Source: Bacilli bacterium
Lineage (GTDB): Bacteria > Bacillota_I > Bacilli_A > RF39 > UBA660
Direction of reading: 5' to 3'
Assembly (NCBI GenBank): GCA_051886215.1
Contig: JBJEXX010000064.1
Location: 1-44,450 of the forward strand
DNA: 44,450 nt
Every line of letters starts with the position of its first letter. The stretch's first letter is position 1. The translations under genes were made by a program, and so were the position numbers. Positions 1 to 11,693 of the stretch are shown one piece after another. The notes beneath the pieces are model-generated. The model was not told the origin of the DNA. It saw only the letters and a program-made list of their open reading frames with translations, and did not search any database.

Positions 1-395
1 TTCTTAGATAAAGTATCCTTTATTCTCCATAGGCTTAAATTCCGATAGTCGCTACTGTATTTTTCTTTTCTTTATTATTAATTTTTTAATTTCTTCTACA
101 TATCATATGCTTTATACATTGCATCACCACCATGATATTATTGTATTTATATTATACATACAAAACTTATGTTCGTCAATATATTTTTTCAAAAATCGCA
201 CTTTTCTTATTAATGAAAAAATATTATTTTTTCAAATAATACTTTTTTTATTAATTACCAAATAATTTATTGAGGATATTCCTTATGACTTAAACCATCT
301 AGTCTACATTTTTTTCTTTGTACATTTTTTCTATTTCTTTTTTTTGAAACTTTTCTTCACAAATAAATTTATTATACAATTTGTTTCAATATAAA

Positions 396-413
396 AGAAA
401 GCTATTGCTTTCT
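396..413 (-). terminator. putative rho-independent terminator after the PBP5-type carboxypeptidase gene
   Basis: Stem AGAAAGC (396-402) / GCTTTCT (407-413) with a 4-nt loop. On the minus strand it is followed by a T-rich stretch. It overlaps the stop codon. Confidence 0.35.
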
Positions 414-1584
414 AAATAAATCCTGTTATTAATTCTTTTAAATTTCTTATGTATAATCCTGGTAAACTTATCTTTTTTATATCATTTTTGACTGTAACTT
501 CTGCACTTGATACTTCTTCTCCATTATATTTTATTATTACTTTACCTACAACATCTCCTTTTTTTATTGGTAGTTCTATCTTATTTAGTTTTAGTTCTGT
601 TGTATATTTTTTATTTTTATCTGTTTTTTTAGTAAATACTGCGGCATCTTCTTTTAAAACTAAATCTATATTCTCTTTATCAGCTTTATCTAAAGTAACA
701 GTATCTACTTTTGTACCTTTAGCTTGTAACACTTCTAGTTTGTAATTATTAAATCCATAATCTAACAAAGTTGCTGTTTCTGTATTTCTAACTTTACTAT
801 TAGATTCTCCTAATACTATAGCTAAGAGTCTCATACCATTTCTTTTTGCAGTTGCCGCCAAACAATATCCTGCATTATCTGTATGTCCTGTTTTTAACCC
901 ATCGGCTCCTTCATATGTTCTTACTAATTTATTGGTATTTACAAGCCAAAATTTATTATCTGTGTCTTCTCTTAAATAATCTTCATAAATTGATGAAAAT
1001 TCTAATATTTGTTCATGTTTTAATAATTCTCTTCCCAATATTGATAAATCTTTAGCAGTAGTATAATGATTATCTGCATCTAAACCTGTAGAATTTACAA
1101 AATTAGTATTTTTTAATCCTAATTTCTTGGCTTTTTTATTCATCATCTTTACAAATTCTTCTTCTGTACCCGCAATAGTTTCCGCAATTGCAACAGTCGC
1201 ATCATTAGCACTAGCTACACATACTCCTTTAAATAAATCTTCTATAGACATTTCCTCATTTGGTTCTAAATATATTTGACTTCCTCCAAATGAAGCAGCA
1301 TTTGCACTTACTTTTATTTTATCAGTTAATTTAATTTTTCCACTTTCTAAATATTCTAAAAATATAAGTTGAACCATCATTTTAGTAAGTGAAGCTTCAG
1401 CTAATTTTTCAGTTGGATTTTTTTCATATAATACTTTTCCACTATTTACATCAATTAAAATACCACTTTTTGCATTTTCAATTAATTTAATTTGATTATT
1501 ATTGTTTTCTTCTAATGTTTCAGCTAATGTAAATAATGGGGTGAATATACTTAAAATAGATATTAATATTAAAAACTTTTTCAT
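412..1584 (-). CDS. serine-type D-alanyl-D-alanine carboxypeptidase (PBP5/S11 family), secreted
   Basis: 390-aa ORF with a signal peptide (MKKFLILISILSIFTPLFTLA). PBP motifs SLTK (SxxK), SAN (SxN) and KTGHT (KTG) are present. AGGAGG lies just upstream of the ATG. Confidence 0.9.
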   Translation of the reverse strand: MKKFLILISILSIFTPLFTLAETLEENNNNQIKLIENAKSGILIDVNSGKVLYEKNPTEKLAEASLTKMMVQLIFLEYLESGKIKLTDKIKVSANAASFGGSQIYLEPNEEMSIEDLFKGVCVASANDATVAIAETIAGTEEEFVKMMNKKAKKLGLKNTNFVNSTGLDADNHYTTAKDLSILGRELLKHEQILEFSSIYEDYLREDTDNKFWLVNTNKLVRTYEGADGLKTGHTDNAGYCLAATAKRNGMRLLAIVLGESNSKVRNTETATLLDYGFNNYKLEVLQAKGTKVDTVTLDKADKENIDLVLKEDAAVFTKKTDKNKKYTTELKLNKIELPIKKGDVVGKVIIKYNGEEVSSAEVTVKNDIKKISLPGLYIRNLKELITGFI

Positions 1585-1648
1585 TATAGCCTCCTATTAA
1601 TTAATATGTTTATACTTTTTAGAATATTAAATAATAGAGGTGTTTTAT

Positions 1649-2467
1649 TTGAAAAAAGCATTATTAATATGTATTATGTCCTTATCATTGATTGGATGTT
1701 CTCAAAATAAAAGCAATAATAAATTAGATTATTTAAATAATATTGATAAAAAAATTAATTACTTTAATTATGATTATGTTGATAGATATATAAATTATAA
1801 AAGAAATCATAGTGAACTTAATGATATAGATATTATTACTCGTGTTAATATTGGATTAGATCAAGCTTTTTATACCAATACTAAAACTAGTGATAAATTA
1901 AACGATATAAGTATTTTAATAAATAAATATATTAAAGTTCCTGATAATTACACTCCTGATAATTTAGTTAAAATGGAAAAATATGCAAAAAATGATATTT
2001 ATTTAGTAGATGAAGCTTATAAAAATTTTGTTAAAATGGTGGAAGATGCAAAAGCATTAAATTTAAATATTAGAGCTATTTCAGCATACAGAGATATAAC
2101 TTATCAAGAAAATCTTTATTCTAGTTATTATAAGTCTGACTCAAGAGAAAAAGTGGATACTTATTCTGCCAGAGCTGGTCATTCAGAACATCATACAGGT
2201 CTTTGTATAGATGTTGACAATATTAATTCAAATTACGAATATTTTGAGTATACAGATGAATATCAATGGATGATAAATAATAGTTATAAATATGGATATA
2301 TTTTAAGATATCCTAAAGGTAAAGAAAATATTACTGGTTATATGTATGAATCTTGGCATTATAGATATGTTGGAAAAAAAGCATCTACATATATTCATAA
2401 AAATGGTATCACTTATGATGAATATTTTGTAAAATTTTTAGAAAATAAAAAAGGTACTACTACTTAG
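1649..2467 (+). CDS. VanY/M15B-family D,D-carboxypeptidase lipoprotein
   Basis: Motifs SAYR, HSEHHTGLCIDV and ESWHYRYVG are typical of the VanY zinc peptidase family. Lipobox LSLIGC is present. The ORF track starts at GTG 1640, but TTG 1649 follows AGAGGTG at good spacing and gives MKKALL. Confidence 0.85.
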   Translation: MKKALLICIMSLSLIGCSQNKSNNKLDYLNNIDKKINYFNYDYVDRYINYKRNHSELNDIDIITRVNIGLDQAFYTNTKTSDKLNDISILINKYIKVPDNYTPDNLVKMEKYAKNDIYLVDEAYKNFVKMVEDAKALNLNIRAISAYRDITYQENLYSSYYKSDSREKVDTYSARAGHSEHHTGLCIDVDNINSNYEYFEYTDEYQWMINNSYKYGYILRYPKGKENITGYMYESWHYRYVGKKASTYIHKNGITYDEYFVKFLENKKGTTT

Positions 2468-3356
2468 TACTTTTTTTTAAATCTTCTGCTAATTTATCTA
2501 TTTCTTTTTTATTAAGCTCCATAGTTTTTTCTCTTTCTATTTCTTCATATTCTGTTTCATTTAATGCCATTCCTAAAACGAATATAAAAGCAAGAATATA
2601 TACCCAAAGGAACAATACTATTAAATTGGCAACACTACCATAAAAAATATTATATCTAGTAAAATGTCCTACATAATATGAATATATTTCTGTTGCTAAA
2701 ATCCAACATATTGTAGTAAAAACAGCTCCCTTAGTTGTTGTTTTACTTTTTATTCTTGTATCAGGTGCCATTGTATATAAAAGTTTAGCCGAAATAAAGA
2801 TGAAAATTATTGATAATGGATATTTAATAATCTTATATATTTTATATGCTCCTTCAGTAACAGCACTACTACCTACTAATAATTCTATTCCTTGGAATAT
2901 AAAATCCCCAAAAGCAGGTACTACTATTACAAATAGTATTAATGAAACTAAAATTACTGTCATTATTAGTGCTTTGAATCTTCGACTTAAGTAATTTTTA
3001 TTTTTAAATTTATACATTGTATTTGAAGCTAAAATCATAGAGTGTGGTCCATTGGAAGCTAAAATGAAAGCTGAAATATAGAACACTGTCATATTAAAAC
3101 TTAATCCGTCACCTTCAATGACACTTCTAATTATAGAAGCAGCTTCTTTAGGTATACTATTTAAAAATGTATTAATAAAGTCTGTTATAGATATAGAAAA
3201 AATTGACGCAATTCCAACTATTAACGCTACTAACGGAATTATGGATAAAACCAGAAAGAAAGCAATCTGTCCTGGTAAAATACTCATTTCTGGTCTTTTC
3301 CAATTTTTATATAATTTTTTTATATTTCTTTTTAATTTTCTTTTCATAATAATCAC
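2460..3356 (-). CDS. YihY/BrkB-family polytopic membrane protein
   Basis: 298-aa multi-TM ORF. N-terminal ILPGQIAFFLVLSIIPL resembles the YihY signature region. It has a charged C-terminal tail. Confidence 0.7.
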   Translation of the reverse strand: MIIMKRKLKRNIKKLYKNWKRPEMSILPGQIAFFLVLSIIPLVALIVGIASIFSISITDFINTFLNSIPKEAASIIRSVIEGDGLSFNMTVFYISAFILASNGPHSMILASNTMYKFKNKNYLSRRFKALIMTVILVSLILFVIVVPAFGDFIFQGIELLVGSSAVTEGAYKIYKIIKYPLSIIFIFISAKLLYTMAPDTRIKSKTTTKGAVFTTICWILATEIYSYYVGHFTRYNIFYGSVANLIVLFLWVYILAFIFVLGMALNETEYEEIEREKTMELNKKEIDKLAEDLKKSTK

Positions 3357-5389
3357 TATTTATAATCTTCTTTTTTAGTTTTCATTTCTAATGTTGCTTC
3401 ACTTATTGCGTCATCTATGGTTTTTATATCATCTTTAATCATACTATAACCAATACAAGCTCCAAATCCATATGGTAATTTTTTTAATTCTTTATTTAAT
3501 TTTTTAGTATAGGTTTCAATTTGTGATTCGCTATAACCTATAGTATATATTAAAAATTCATTACCATCGGTTCTTATTATTTCACTTTTTTCAAGTTGAG
3601 TGTTAACTAGAACTGAAGCAGCTTTTACTATTAATTCATCTCCAGCTTCATAACCATGATTATCGTTAACATACTGAACATTATTTAAGTCTACAATTAT
3701 TATTGATTGTGGTAAAACTTTACATTCATCCCAACTAGCTATATTTAAATTTAAATAGTTTCTATTTTTTAGAGATGTTAATAAGTCAGTATATTTAACT
3801 CTTTCTTCTTTTTTTACTTCTTTTACTTTTTTGTTTTTCTTATGAATTAATATAAATATAAATGTTCCTGTTAATACTAATAATATTATTACAAATATAT
3901 AAGTAAATACTTTAATAAATGAAGAATTATCAATTTTCTTTGTATTTAAACTTAATAAACCTGCATTTCTATATTTATAATATGAATTTGTATTTATTAT
4001 GTAATTAAATAAATTATAGAATGTAGTATTATCTTTTTTAATATTAAATTTATAATTATTAGTCATTTTATCTTGATATAATACTTGATATTTACTGAAT
4101 TTACTATTTTTATAATAATTATAAACATTTGAATCTACTACTAATAATTCATTATCTTTTATCTTTAACTTATTTATATTATTTACTTTTGTAACTATTG
4201 CGCGACTATTATTTTCAAAATATTTAGTAAGTGAATCGTTTGCTAGCATTTTAATATTCTTATCTTTCATTGCTTCAAATGATGTTATAACATTATTTTC
4301 ATCAAGTTTTCCTAAAACGACATACTCTTCTATAAATGGGGAAATTGTTGATTTATAATTTTTACTATTAATACCATAATAATCAAAATATATATCTACT
4401 TTATTGTCTGCGATATCTTTCTTTAATGCATTTACTGTTTTATATTTTTTATATTTGAATTCAATATTAGTAAGTCTAGACATTCTATTAATATATTCCA
4501 TAGCTATTCCTTCAACTGAGCTTCCTTTAGTTACTTCGTAAGGAGTGTTTTCTACATAGCCATATACATAAGTTTTAGAAACTAAATCTGTCTTTGTTTT
4601 ATCAGATATATTATTAGATTGTATATAATATTCTAATAATTCTTGATTATATTCTTCAACATAATTATTATTTTTCCAATAATTAAATTCTTTCTTTAAA
4701 ATATTATTTAGAGTTTTATCTTTGCCATTTATATTTAATACTATCTTTTTAGAAAAGTCTGTGAAATAAAAATTAATAAAGTATTTGTTATTTGATATCG
4801 TTCTATCCAAATTCATAATATATGGAACAATGATTAAATCAACATTTTTGTTATCTAAAGCTTTAAATAAATCATCTGTATTCTCATAAGTTGTATATTC
4901 TAAATTTTTACTACTTTTTAAATAGTAACTAGTCTCCGATAAATCACTATTTAGAACTCCTAATTTTAAATTATTAATATCTTTTTCGCTTGAAATTGAC
5001 ATTTCTTCTGTACTAATAGCTACATAACTATCCACAAATAACAATAAATCATTTTTAGATAGTTCATCCTCATTATTTAAAGCTTTTATACTATATTCAC
5101 TTGTTGTATCATCAGATAATAGTGTTGGTATCTGATTAAATTTTAAATCTGTATGATTTTCTATATCATCTATTAAATCAAAAAATACACCTGTTCCATC
5201 TGTACCATATACAGGATAATTATTTAAAATTTCAATATCAATAATTGTTTTCTGATTATTTTCTATCCATCTTTTTTCTGATATAGAAAGTGTAGTTGAT
5301 TTATTTATATTATAAAAATAAAAGAAAACTATTAATAATGATATTAAAACTGCAAGAAATGGTATAACAATTATATACTTCTTTTTCAT
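3356..5389 (-). CDS. membrane sensor with two extracytoplasmic solute-binding-like domains and a C-terminal GGDEF-type domain carrying a degenerate DGNEF motif
   Basis: 677 aa with an N-terminal TM and a second TM (FTYIFVIILLVLTGTFIFILI). The GGDEF-domain hallmarks are LTSLKNRNYL, VDLNNVQYVNDNHGYEAGDELI and RTDGNEFLIY. Confidence 0.8.
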   Translation of the reverse strand: MKKKYIIVIPFLAVLISLLIVFFYFYNINKSTTLSISEKRWIENNQKTIIDIEILNNYPVYGTDGTGVFFDLIDDIENHTDLKFNQIPTLLSDDTTSEYSIKALNNEDELSKNDLLLFVDSYVAISTEEMSISSEKDINNLKLGVLNSDLSETSYYLKSSKNLEYTTYENTDDLFKALDNKNVDLIIVPYIMNLDRTISNNKYFINFYFTDFSKKIVLNINGKDKTLNNILKKEFNYWKNNNYVEEYNQELLEYYIQSNNISDKTKTDLVSKTYVYGYVENTPYEVTKGSSVEGIAMEYINRMSRLTNIEFKYKKYKTVNALKKDIADNKVDIYFDYYGINSKNYKSTISPFIEEYVVLGKLDENNVITSFEAMKDKNIKMLANDSLTKYFENNSRAIVTKVNNINKLKIKDNELLVVDSNVYNYYKNSKFSKYQVLYQDKMTNNYKFNIKKDNTTFYNLFNYIINTNSYYKYRNAGLLSLNTKKIDNSSFIKVFTYIFVIILLVLTGTFIFILIHKKNKKVKEVKKEERVKYTDLLTSLKNRNYLNLNIASWDECKVLPQSIIIVDLNNVQYVNDNHGYEAGDELIVKAASVLVNTQLEKSEIIRTDGNEFLIYTIGYSESQIETYTKKLNKELKKLPYGFGACIGYSMIKDDIKTIDDAISEATLEMKTKKEDYK

Positions 5390-5391
5390 TA

Positions 5392-5877
5392 TTATTCCAC
5401 CCCTCTATCTTTTGTCCAAGAGATATTATCTTTGCCACATTTTTTATGGCCGATTATAGGAAAATTATTTTTTGTTTCATCTTCCTTATAAACATAAAGT
5501 TCTATATCATAAAAACCTAATTCTTCTTCATTGAATGAAGATGTTATTTTAGAAGCACTTTTTTTAGCAGTATCTAAATCTATTTCATTTTTTACTTTTA
5601 CAGTTGCAGTTATTATTTTTCCTTCCGTTGCAACTTCTACTTCTTCTATATTTTCATCTTTTAATAAAGTTTCCTCTACTTCTTTTAATTTATCTTTTTT
5701 TATTTCTACTTTTTTAATACCATCTAATCTGTTGCCATATATTGGAGATGCAGTATTTTCTGTAAAAAAACCAAATACTCCATATACTAATAAACAACCA
5801 ATTATAATTATTCCCCCAATATTAACAGCTTTTCTATGTCTTCTATAGAATCTAGCTAAATTATTTAATATTTTCAT
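5392..5877 (-). CDS. hypothetical membrane-anchored protein
   Basis: 161-aa ORF with a single N-terminal TM (VNIGGIIIIGCLLVYGVFGFF). It lies 2 nt upstream of the GGDEF gene. No domain recognised. Confidence 0.55.
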   Translation of the reverse strand: MKILNNLARFYRRHRKAVNIGGIIIIGCLLVYGVFGFFTENTASPIYGNRLDGIKKVEIKKDKLKEVEETLLKDENIEEVEVATEGKIITATVKVKNEIDLDTAKKSASKITSSFNEEELGFYDIELYVYKEDETKNNFPIIGHKKCGKDNISWTKDRGVE

Positions 5878-5958
5878 AATTACACCTCGTTAGTATTATA
5901 CAATAATTTTATTTATTAATCAATTTAATTAGGACAAAACAAAAGAATAAAATAAATT

Positions 5959-7059
5959 TTATTCTTCATAGAAAGTTTTATTTTTCTTTTTAGTTCTTAT
6001 TTCTTTTTTTAATACTTTAGCATTATCCATAACTGTTGCTATTTTTTCTATATTATTTTCTATTGATAAATAATAATCATCTAGTAATGATTTATTACTT
6101 TCTAGCACATCTAAACATTCATATAATACTGGAGAAAATTTAGTGTTTTTAGCAAATTCTAAATTATTTAAAGATAACTCGTCTAAAAGATTTATATTTT
6201 TTTCATTATTTATCATATAACTAAAACCTTTATTTAGAGTATATATACCTTGTCCTTCTACTATTTCTGCGGATGTTTCATTTAATATATTTAATAATGC
6301 AACATTTGTAGAATCATAAATATATAAAAAATTATTATCTTTAATTAAATTAAAAGCATGATTACCAATATTATTAGATATAGGTGTTAAAATTTTACCT
6401 AATAACTGAAAAGATAATTTTTCTTTTCCAATATTCCTTTTTATTCTTCTTTCATAATCTAATTTTGTATTTTTATCTACAGCGTTAATTAAAGTAGCAG
6501 CATCATATCCAGCTTGATTTAATAATTCTGTAAGCATAGAACTAAAATTTAAGCAAACACCTTTAGAATTCATGATATCATAGGAAAATATTCCTTGTAT
6601 TAGTCCTCTTTCTGAACCTTGAAAAAATAAATGTTTATCTTTAGAATAATAACCATTCCATAATAAATATGTATGTAAAATAGACGTTTTTAAAGCATTA
6701 TTAAAGTCAAGTTCTTTAGCTAGCTGACAAGTGTTTGTTAAAATGTGTTGATAATCAGTTTGTGTTTGTGTTTTTTTATCTATAAATTCTTTTGTCTTAT
6801 TAGCTTCTTTTTGCATTAAGTCCGTCATTGTATAAATCATGACTGTGTTTAATAAAAGTGATTCTATATTTTTCTGTTCTTTCTTTTGCACTTTTTTAGG
6901 TAAATTTAAACTTTCTAGATAACTTTTATAATTTTCTTTAATATCTGTTATAGATTGTGATACATCATCAGAATCTATAGTCTTTAACTTATTAAATAAT
7001 AATATTTTTCTTTCATTATCACTGGCAGCTTTTATTAATTGATCCGTGAATTCTTCCAT
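5959..7059 (-). CDS. cytoplasmic transglutaminase-like (Cys-His-Asp) putative cysteine protease
   Basis: 366 aa with no signal peptide. KGVCLNFSSMLTELLNQAGYDA (Cys), GNHAFNLI (His) and LYIYDSTN (Asp) occur in the order and spacing of the transglutaminase-core fold. Confidence 0.6.
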   Translation of the reverse strand: MEEFTDQLIKAASDNERKILLFNKLKTIDSDDVSQSITDIKENYKSYLESLNLPKKVQKKEQKNIESLLLNTVMIYTMTDLMQKEANKTKEFIDKKTQTQTDYQHILTNTCQLAKELDFNNALKTSILHTYLLWNGYYSKDKHLFFQGSERGLIQGIFSYDIMNSKGVCLNFSSMLTELLNQAGYDAATLINAVDKNTKLDYERRIKRNIGKEKLSFQLLGKILTPISNNIGNHAFNLIKDNNFLYIYDSTNVALLNILNETSAEIVEGQGIYTLNKGFSYMINNEKNINLLDELSLNNLEFAKNTKFSPVLYECLDVLESNKSLLDDYYLSIENNIEKIATVMDNAKVLKKEIRTKKKNKTFYEE

Positions 7060-7105
7060 ATAATCCTCCCCAAATAACGACTATTATACTTAAAAAAAAT
7101 AAAAG

Positions 7106-8524
7106 TCAAATTTCTTTTATTTTTTGTTTACTTTTTCCAAAAATTACTTTTTTATATTCCTGATATTTATCATGTTCACTATATGAATTAAATATATCAA
7201 TTAAATCATCATCTTTAAATATATTTAAACATGTTTTAATAAATATTAATTTTTCTGTTTGTTTGTTTAAATTTTTATTTTCAAAGATATCTACAATCAA
7301 TCCTTTGGCAAATGTATTATAATCATAAATATATTCATAATTTCCAACATTTTTATAATAATTATAACAATAATTAAAAGTTTCATCATCATATAAGTTT
7401 ATATTTAAATTATCATAAAAATATATTAATTTATTCTTAATTTTTTCTAAGTTTTTATTAATTTTATGACTTGAATTATATTCTTTTATATTATTTATAT
7501 AATTAAAAGCAAAAGATGTCATTTGATTCCTATAGTTCCTTTCGGATTCTTCAGCTTGAGATTCCATTTCATCATATTCATCATTTTGAAAATCTATATC
7601 ATAGTTTTCTTCAGAAAATTCATTATAATAATCATATAATTTTTCGTCATCTTCGCCATAATCATATAATTCTTCGTCATCTTCGTCATAATCATATATT
7701 TCTTCATAGGATAATTCTTCATTAATACTTAAATCATCTAAAATTCTAGATATTTTTAATACCGCAATTGATTCATCAGTAAATATAGCTCTTAATATCG
7801 GATCATATGTTAAACATGTATTTTGAAAATCAATTATCTCATCACAAATATTAGTGTTTTTTAGTATTTCACTATCTATTACTAATGGTACATCCCGATT
7901 ATTCTCATGAATTTGATTAACAAATCTTCTAAAATAACGAAAATCTTTTTTTAGTAAAGAGTGATATTTTACATTAGATAAATATTGCATTAAATTGATG
8001 TGATTAATAATTTCTTTATTATGTTCTTTTGTTTCTAATTTTTCATACATCTGTTGAATGTTTTTTTCATGATTAATGAATTCTTCTATTATTTTTTTAA
8101 AGTCTTTTATATTTAGAATATCTAAAGCTTCGTTGCAATAGTGACTATCAAGTAGAAGAGCTTCTATTACATAATTATCTATATTATAATAATTTATTAT
8201 ATTTTCTAAATCATGTGCAGTAATATCTTCTCTTAATGTAATGGTATTTTTATTAAAATAAAAAATATCTTTATTATTAAAATATAAGTTTTTAATATCA
8301 TTTAAAACTAGTGATTTAAACTCTATTTTATTATTATTTAATACTATTTTTTTATCATAGTCATACCATTTAGAATTTTTTTGATATTTTTCATTTATCT
8401 TTTTTATTAATAACTCTCTATATTCAAGTAATTCTTTTAATGTTAAATCTCTTTTATTTTCTGTTTCTAATTTTAACTCTATAGCTAAATAAGATATTAA
8501 ATCTAAAGGTATATCATATTTCAT
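7106..8524 (-). CDS. hypothetical 472-aa protein with internal acidic Tyr/Asp/Glu repeat
   Basis: Long ORF, co-directional and closely spaced with its neighbours. It contains YDYDEDDEELYDYGEDDEKLYDYY. No recognisable domain. Confidence 0.6.
   Translation of the reverse strand: MKYDIPLDLISYLAIELKLETENKRDLTLKELLEYRELLIKKINEKYQKNSKWYDYDKKIVLNNNKIEFKSLVLNDIKNLYFNNKDIFYFNKNTITLREDITAHDLENIINYYNIDNYVIEALLLDSHYCNEALDILNIKDFKKIIEEFINHEKNIQQMYEKLETKEHNKEIINHINLMQYLSNVKYHSLLKKDFRYFRRFVNQIHENNRDVPLVIDSEILKNTNICDEIIDFQNTCLTYDPILRAIFTDESIAVLKISRILDDLSINEELSYEEIYDYDEDDEELYDYGEDDEKLYDYYNEFSEENYDIDFQNDEYDEMESQAEESERNYRNQMTSFAFNYINNIKEYNSSHKINKNLEKIKNKLIYFYDNLNINLYDDETFNYCYNYYKNVGNYEYIYDYNTFAKGLIVDIFENKNLNKQTEKLIFIKTCLNIFKDDDLIDIFNSYSEHDKYQEYKKVIFGKSKQKIKEI
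7628..7705. repeat. 30-bp tandem repeat (about 2.6 copies) inside a CDS, encoding the acidic repeat
   Basis: ATAATCATATAATTTTTCGTCATCTTCGCC (7628-7657), ATAATCATATAATTCTTCGTCATCTTCGTC (7658-7687), then a partial third copy. Confidence 0.8.
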
Positions 8525-8541
8525 ACCAAATCCCCCATTAA

Positions 8542-9174
8542 TTATTTTACAAAAGCATTTTTTACGGTTAAAGCATTAGGTGTTGTTTTAGTTTTATTTC
8601 TAAAGTTATCTACTGTGCCAACAATAGTTATTTCTTTATCTTTATAATCTTGAGCTAGTTGATACATTAAGTAAAAATCTATAGCAAAAGTATACTTTTT
8701 ATCTTCATCAGTGTATTGAAACCTTATAACATTATTTGTTTCATCTATATAATAAGGTTTAGCTTTAATCCTAATATACTCTCCTTTATACTTTTTATAT
8801 GTTTTTCTTGGATTATCTGTATATTCAATAGCAAGATCTAATACATTTACATCTGTTGGCTTATCAACAAATTTCATTGTCCAAGGTCCAATTATTGTAT
8901 CATATCTTCCATCTACTTGTCGATAAAATATTATTTTATAACCAATTCCCATATATTCTGTAGATACACCATCAGTATATTCACCTGTTTTTAGAGCAAA
9001 TATAGGTGTTTTTTCATTTTTTAAAACTCTTGTCATATCTACTAAGTAAAATATAAAGAAAAGTCCTAATAAAAGTATAAGTATTAGAATAAATTTTTTA
9101 TAATTCTTTTTTAGCCATTCTTTGAAAGAAAGTTTTTGTTTTTTCTTTTTGTTTTTCTTTTTCATATTAGTCAC
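8542..9174 (-). CDS. hypothetical membrane-anchored protein translationally abutting ligA
   Basis: 210 aa with a Lys-rich N-terminus followed by a TM (FILILILLLGLFFIFYLV). Its ATG at 9174 directly follows the ligA stop codon (9175-9177). Confidence 0.6.
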   Translation of the reverse strand: MTNMKKKNKKKKQKLSFKEWLKKNYKKFILILILLLGLFFIFYLVDMTRVLKNEKTPIFALKTGEYTDGVSTEYMGIGYKIIFYRQVDGRYDTIIGPWTMKFVDKPTDVNVLDLAIEYTDNPRKTYKKYKGEYIRIKAKPYYIDETNNVIRFQYTDEDKKYTFAIDFYLMYQLAQDYKDKEITIVGTVDNFRNKTKTTPNALTVKNAFVK

Positions 9175-11199
<2,025 letters not shown>

Positions 11200-11208
11200 T
11201 TAGACAAT

Positions 11209-11640
11209 AAAAAAAATCAAATATTTAATTGCAAAAGTAAATTGATGTTTAGAATGAGTTTATACAATTTAATCTGTCAACACTTTATATTATAGTCAAG
11301 GGCGAACGTAGTGAGTTTATCTTGACCCTTGACTAAATCTGTTATTATATAATCGTTATTGGCAAAAGCAACCTTGTGCTTTTGCTTATTTGCTGTTATA
11401 ATAAACTCAAAATTTAGCACAATATGGGAATAAATTATCTCAATTTAATTTTGCACGATTTTCGGCAAAATCTCTTTTGCATATAACAATTCATTTAATT
11501 TCTTATATAGAAGATCACTTTTGTAACAAAAATTAAAGAAAAAAGTGTATTTTTTCTCAATTAATTCATACACTTTATATCTTCTAAACAAATTTACAAT
11601 TTACTTTTGAAATTCACCAAAAAAATCAAATTATTTAATT
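11209..11640. mobile_element. MITE-like structured intergenic element: direct repeat, inverted repeat, about 330 bp with hairpins, inverted repeat, direct repeat
   Basis: Direct repeat AAAAAAAATCAAATATTTAATT (11209-11230) versus AAAAAAATCAAATTATTTAATT (11619-11640). Inverted repeat GCAAAAGTAAATTG..ATGTTTAGAA (11231-11254) versus the reverse complement of 11582-11610. Internal hairpins lie at 11296-11333, 11362-11385 and 11465-11480. Confidence 0.4.
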
Positions 11641-11693
11641 AAAATTTGATAATAAAATCATAGTATATGATATACTTATAAAGTGAGGTTATT

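Noticed and set aside
1-395. Possible gene or regulatory RNA in the first 400 nt.
   Set aside because: No ORF of useful length exists on either strand, and I could identify no conserved RNA motif. The region is only AT-rich sequence with short homopolymer runs, so it is left unannotated.
11209-11640. A CRISPR array or riboswitch in the large ligA-srtB intergenic region.
   Set aside because: The repeats are not regularly spaced direct repeats with unique spacers, and no conserved riboswitch core sequence was recognisable. The region is reported instead as a MITE-like or structured element.
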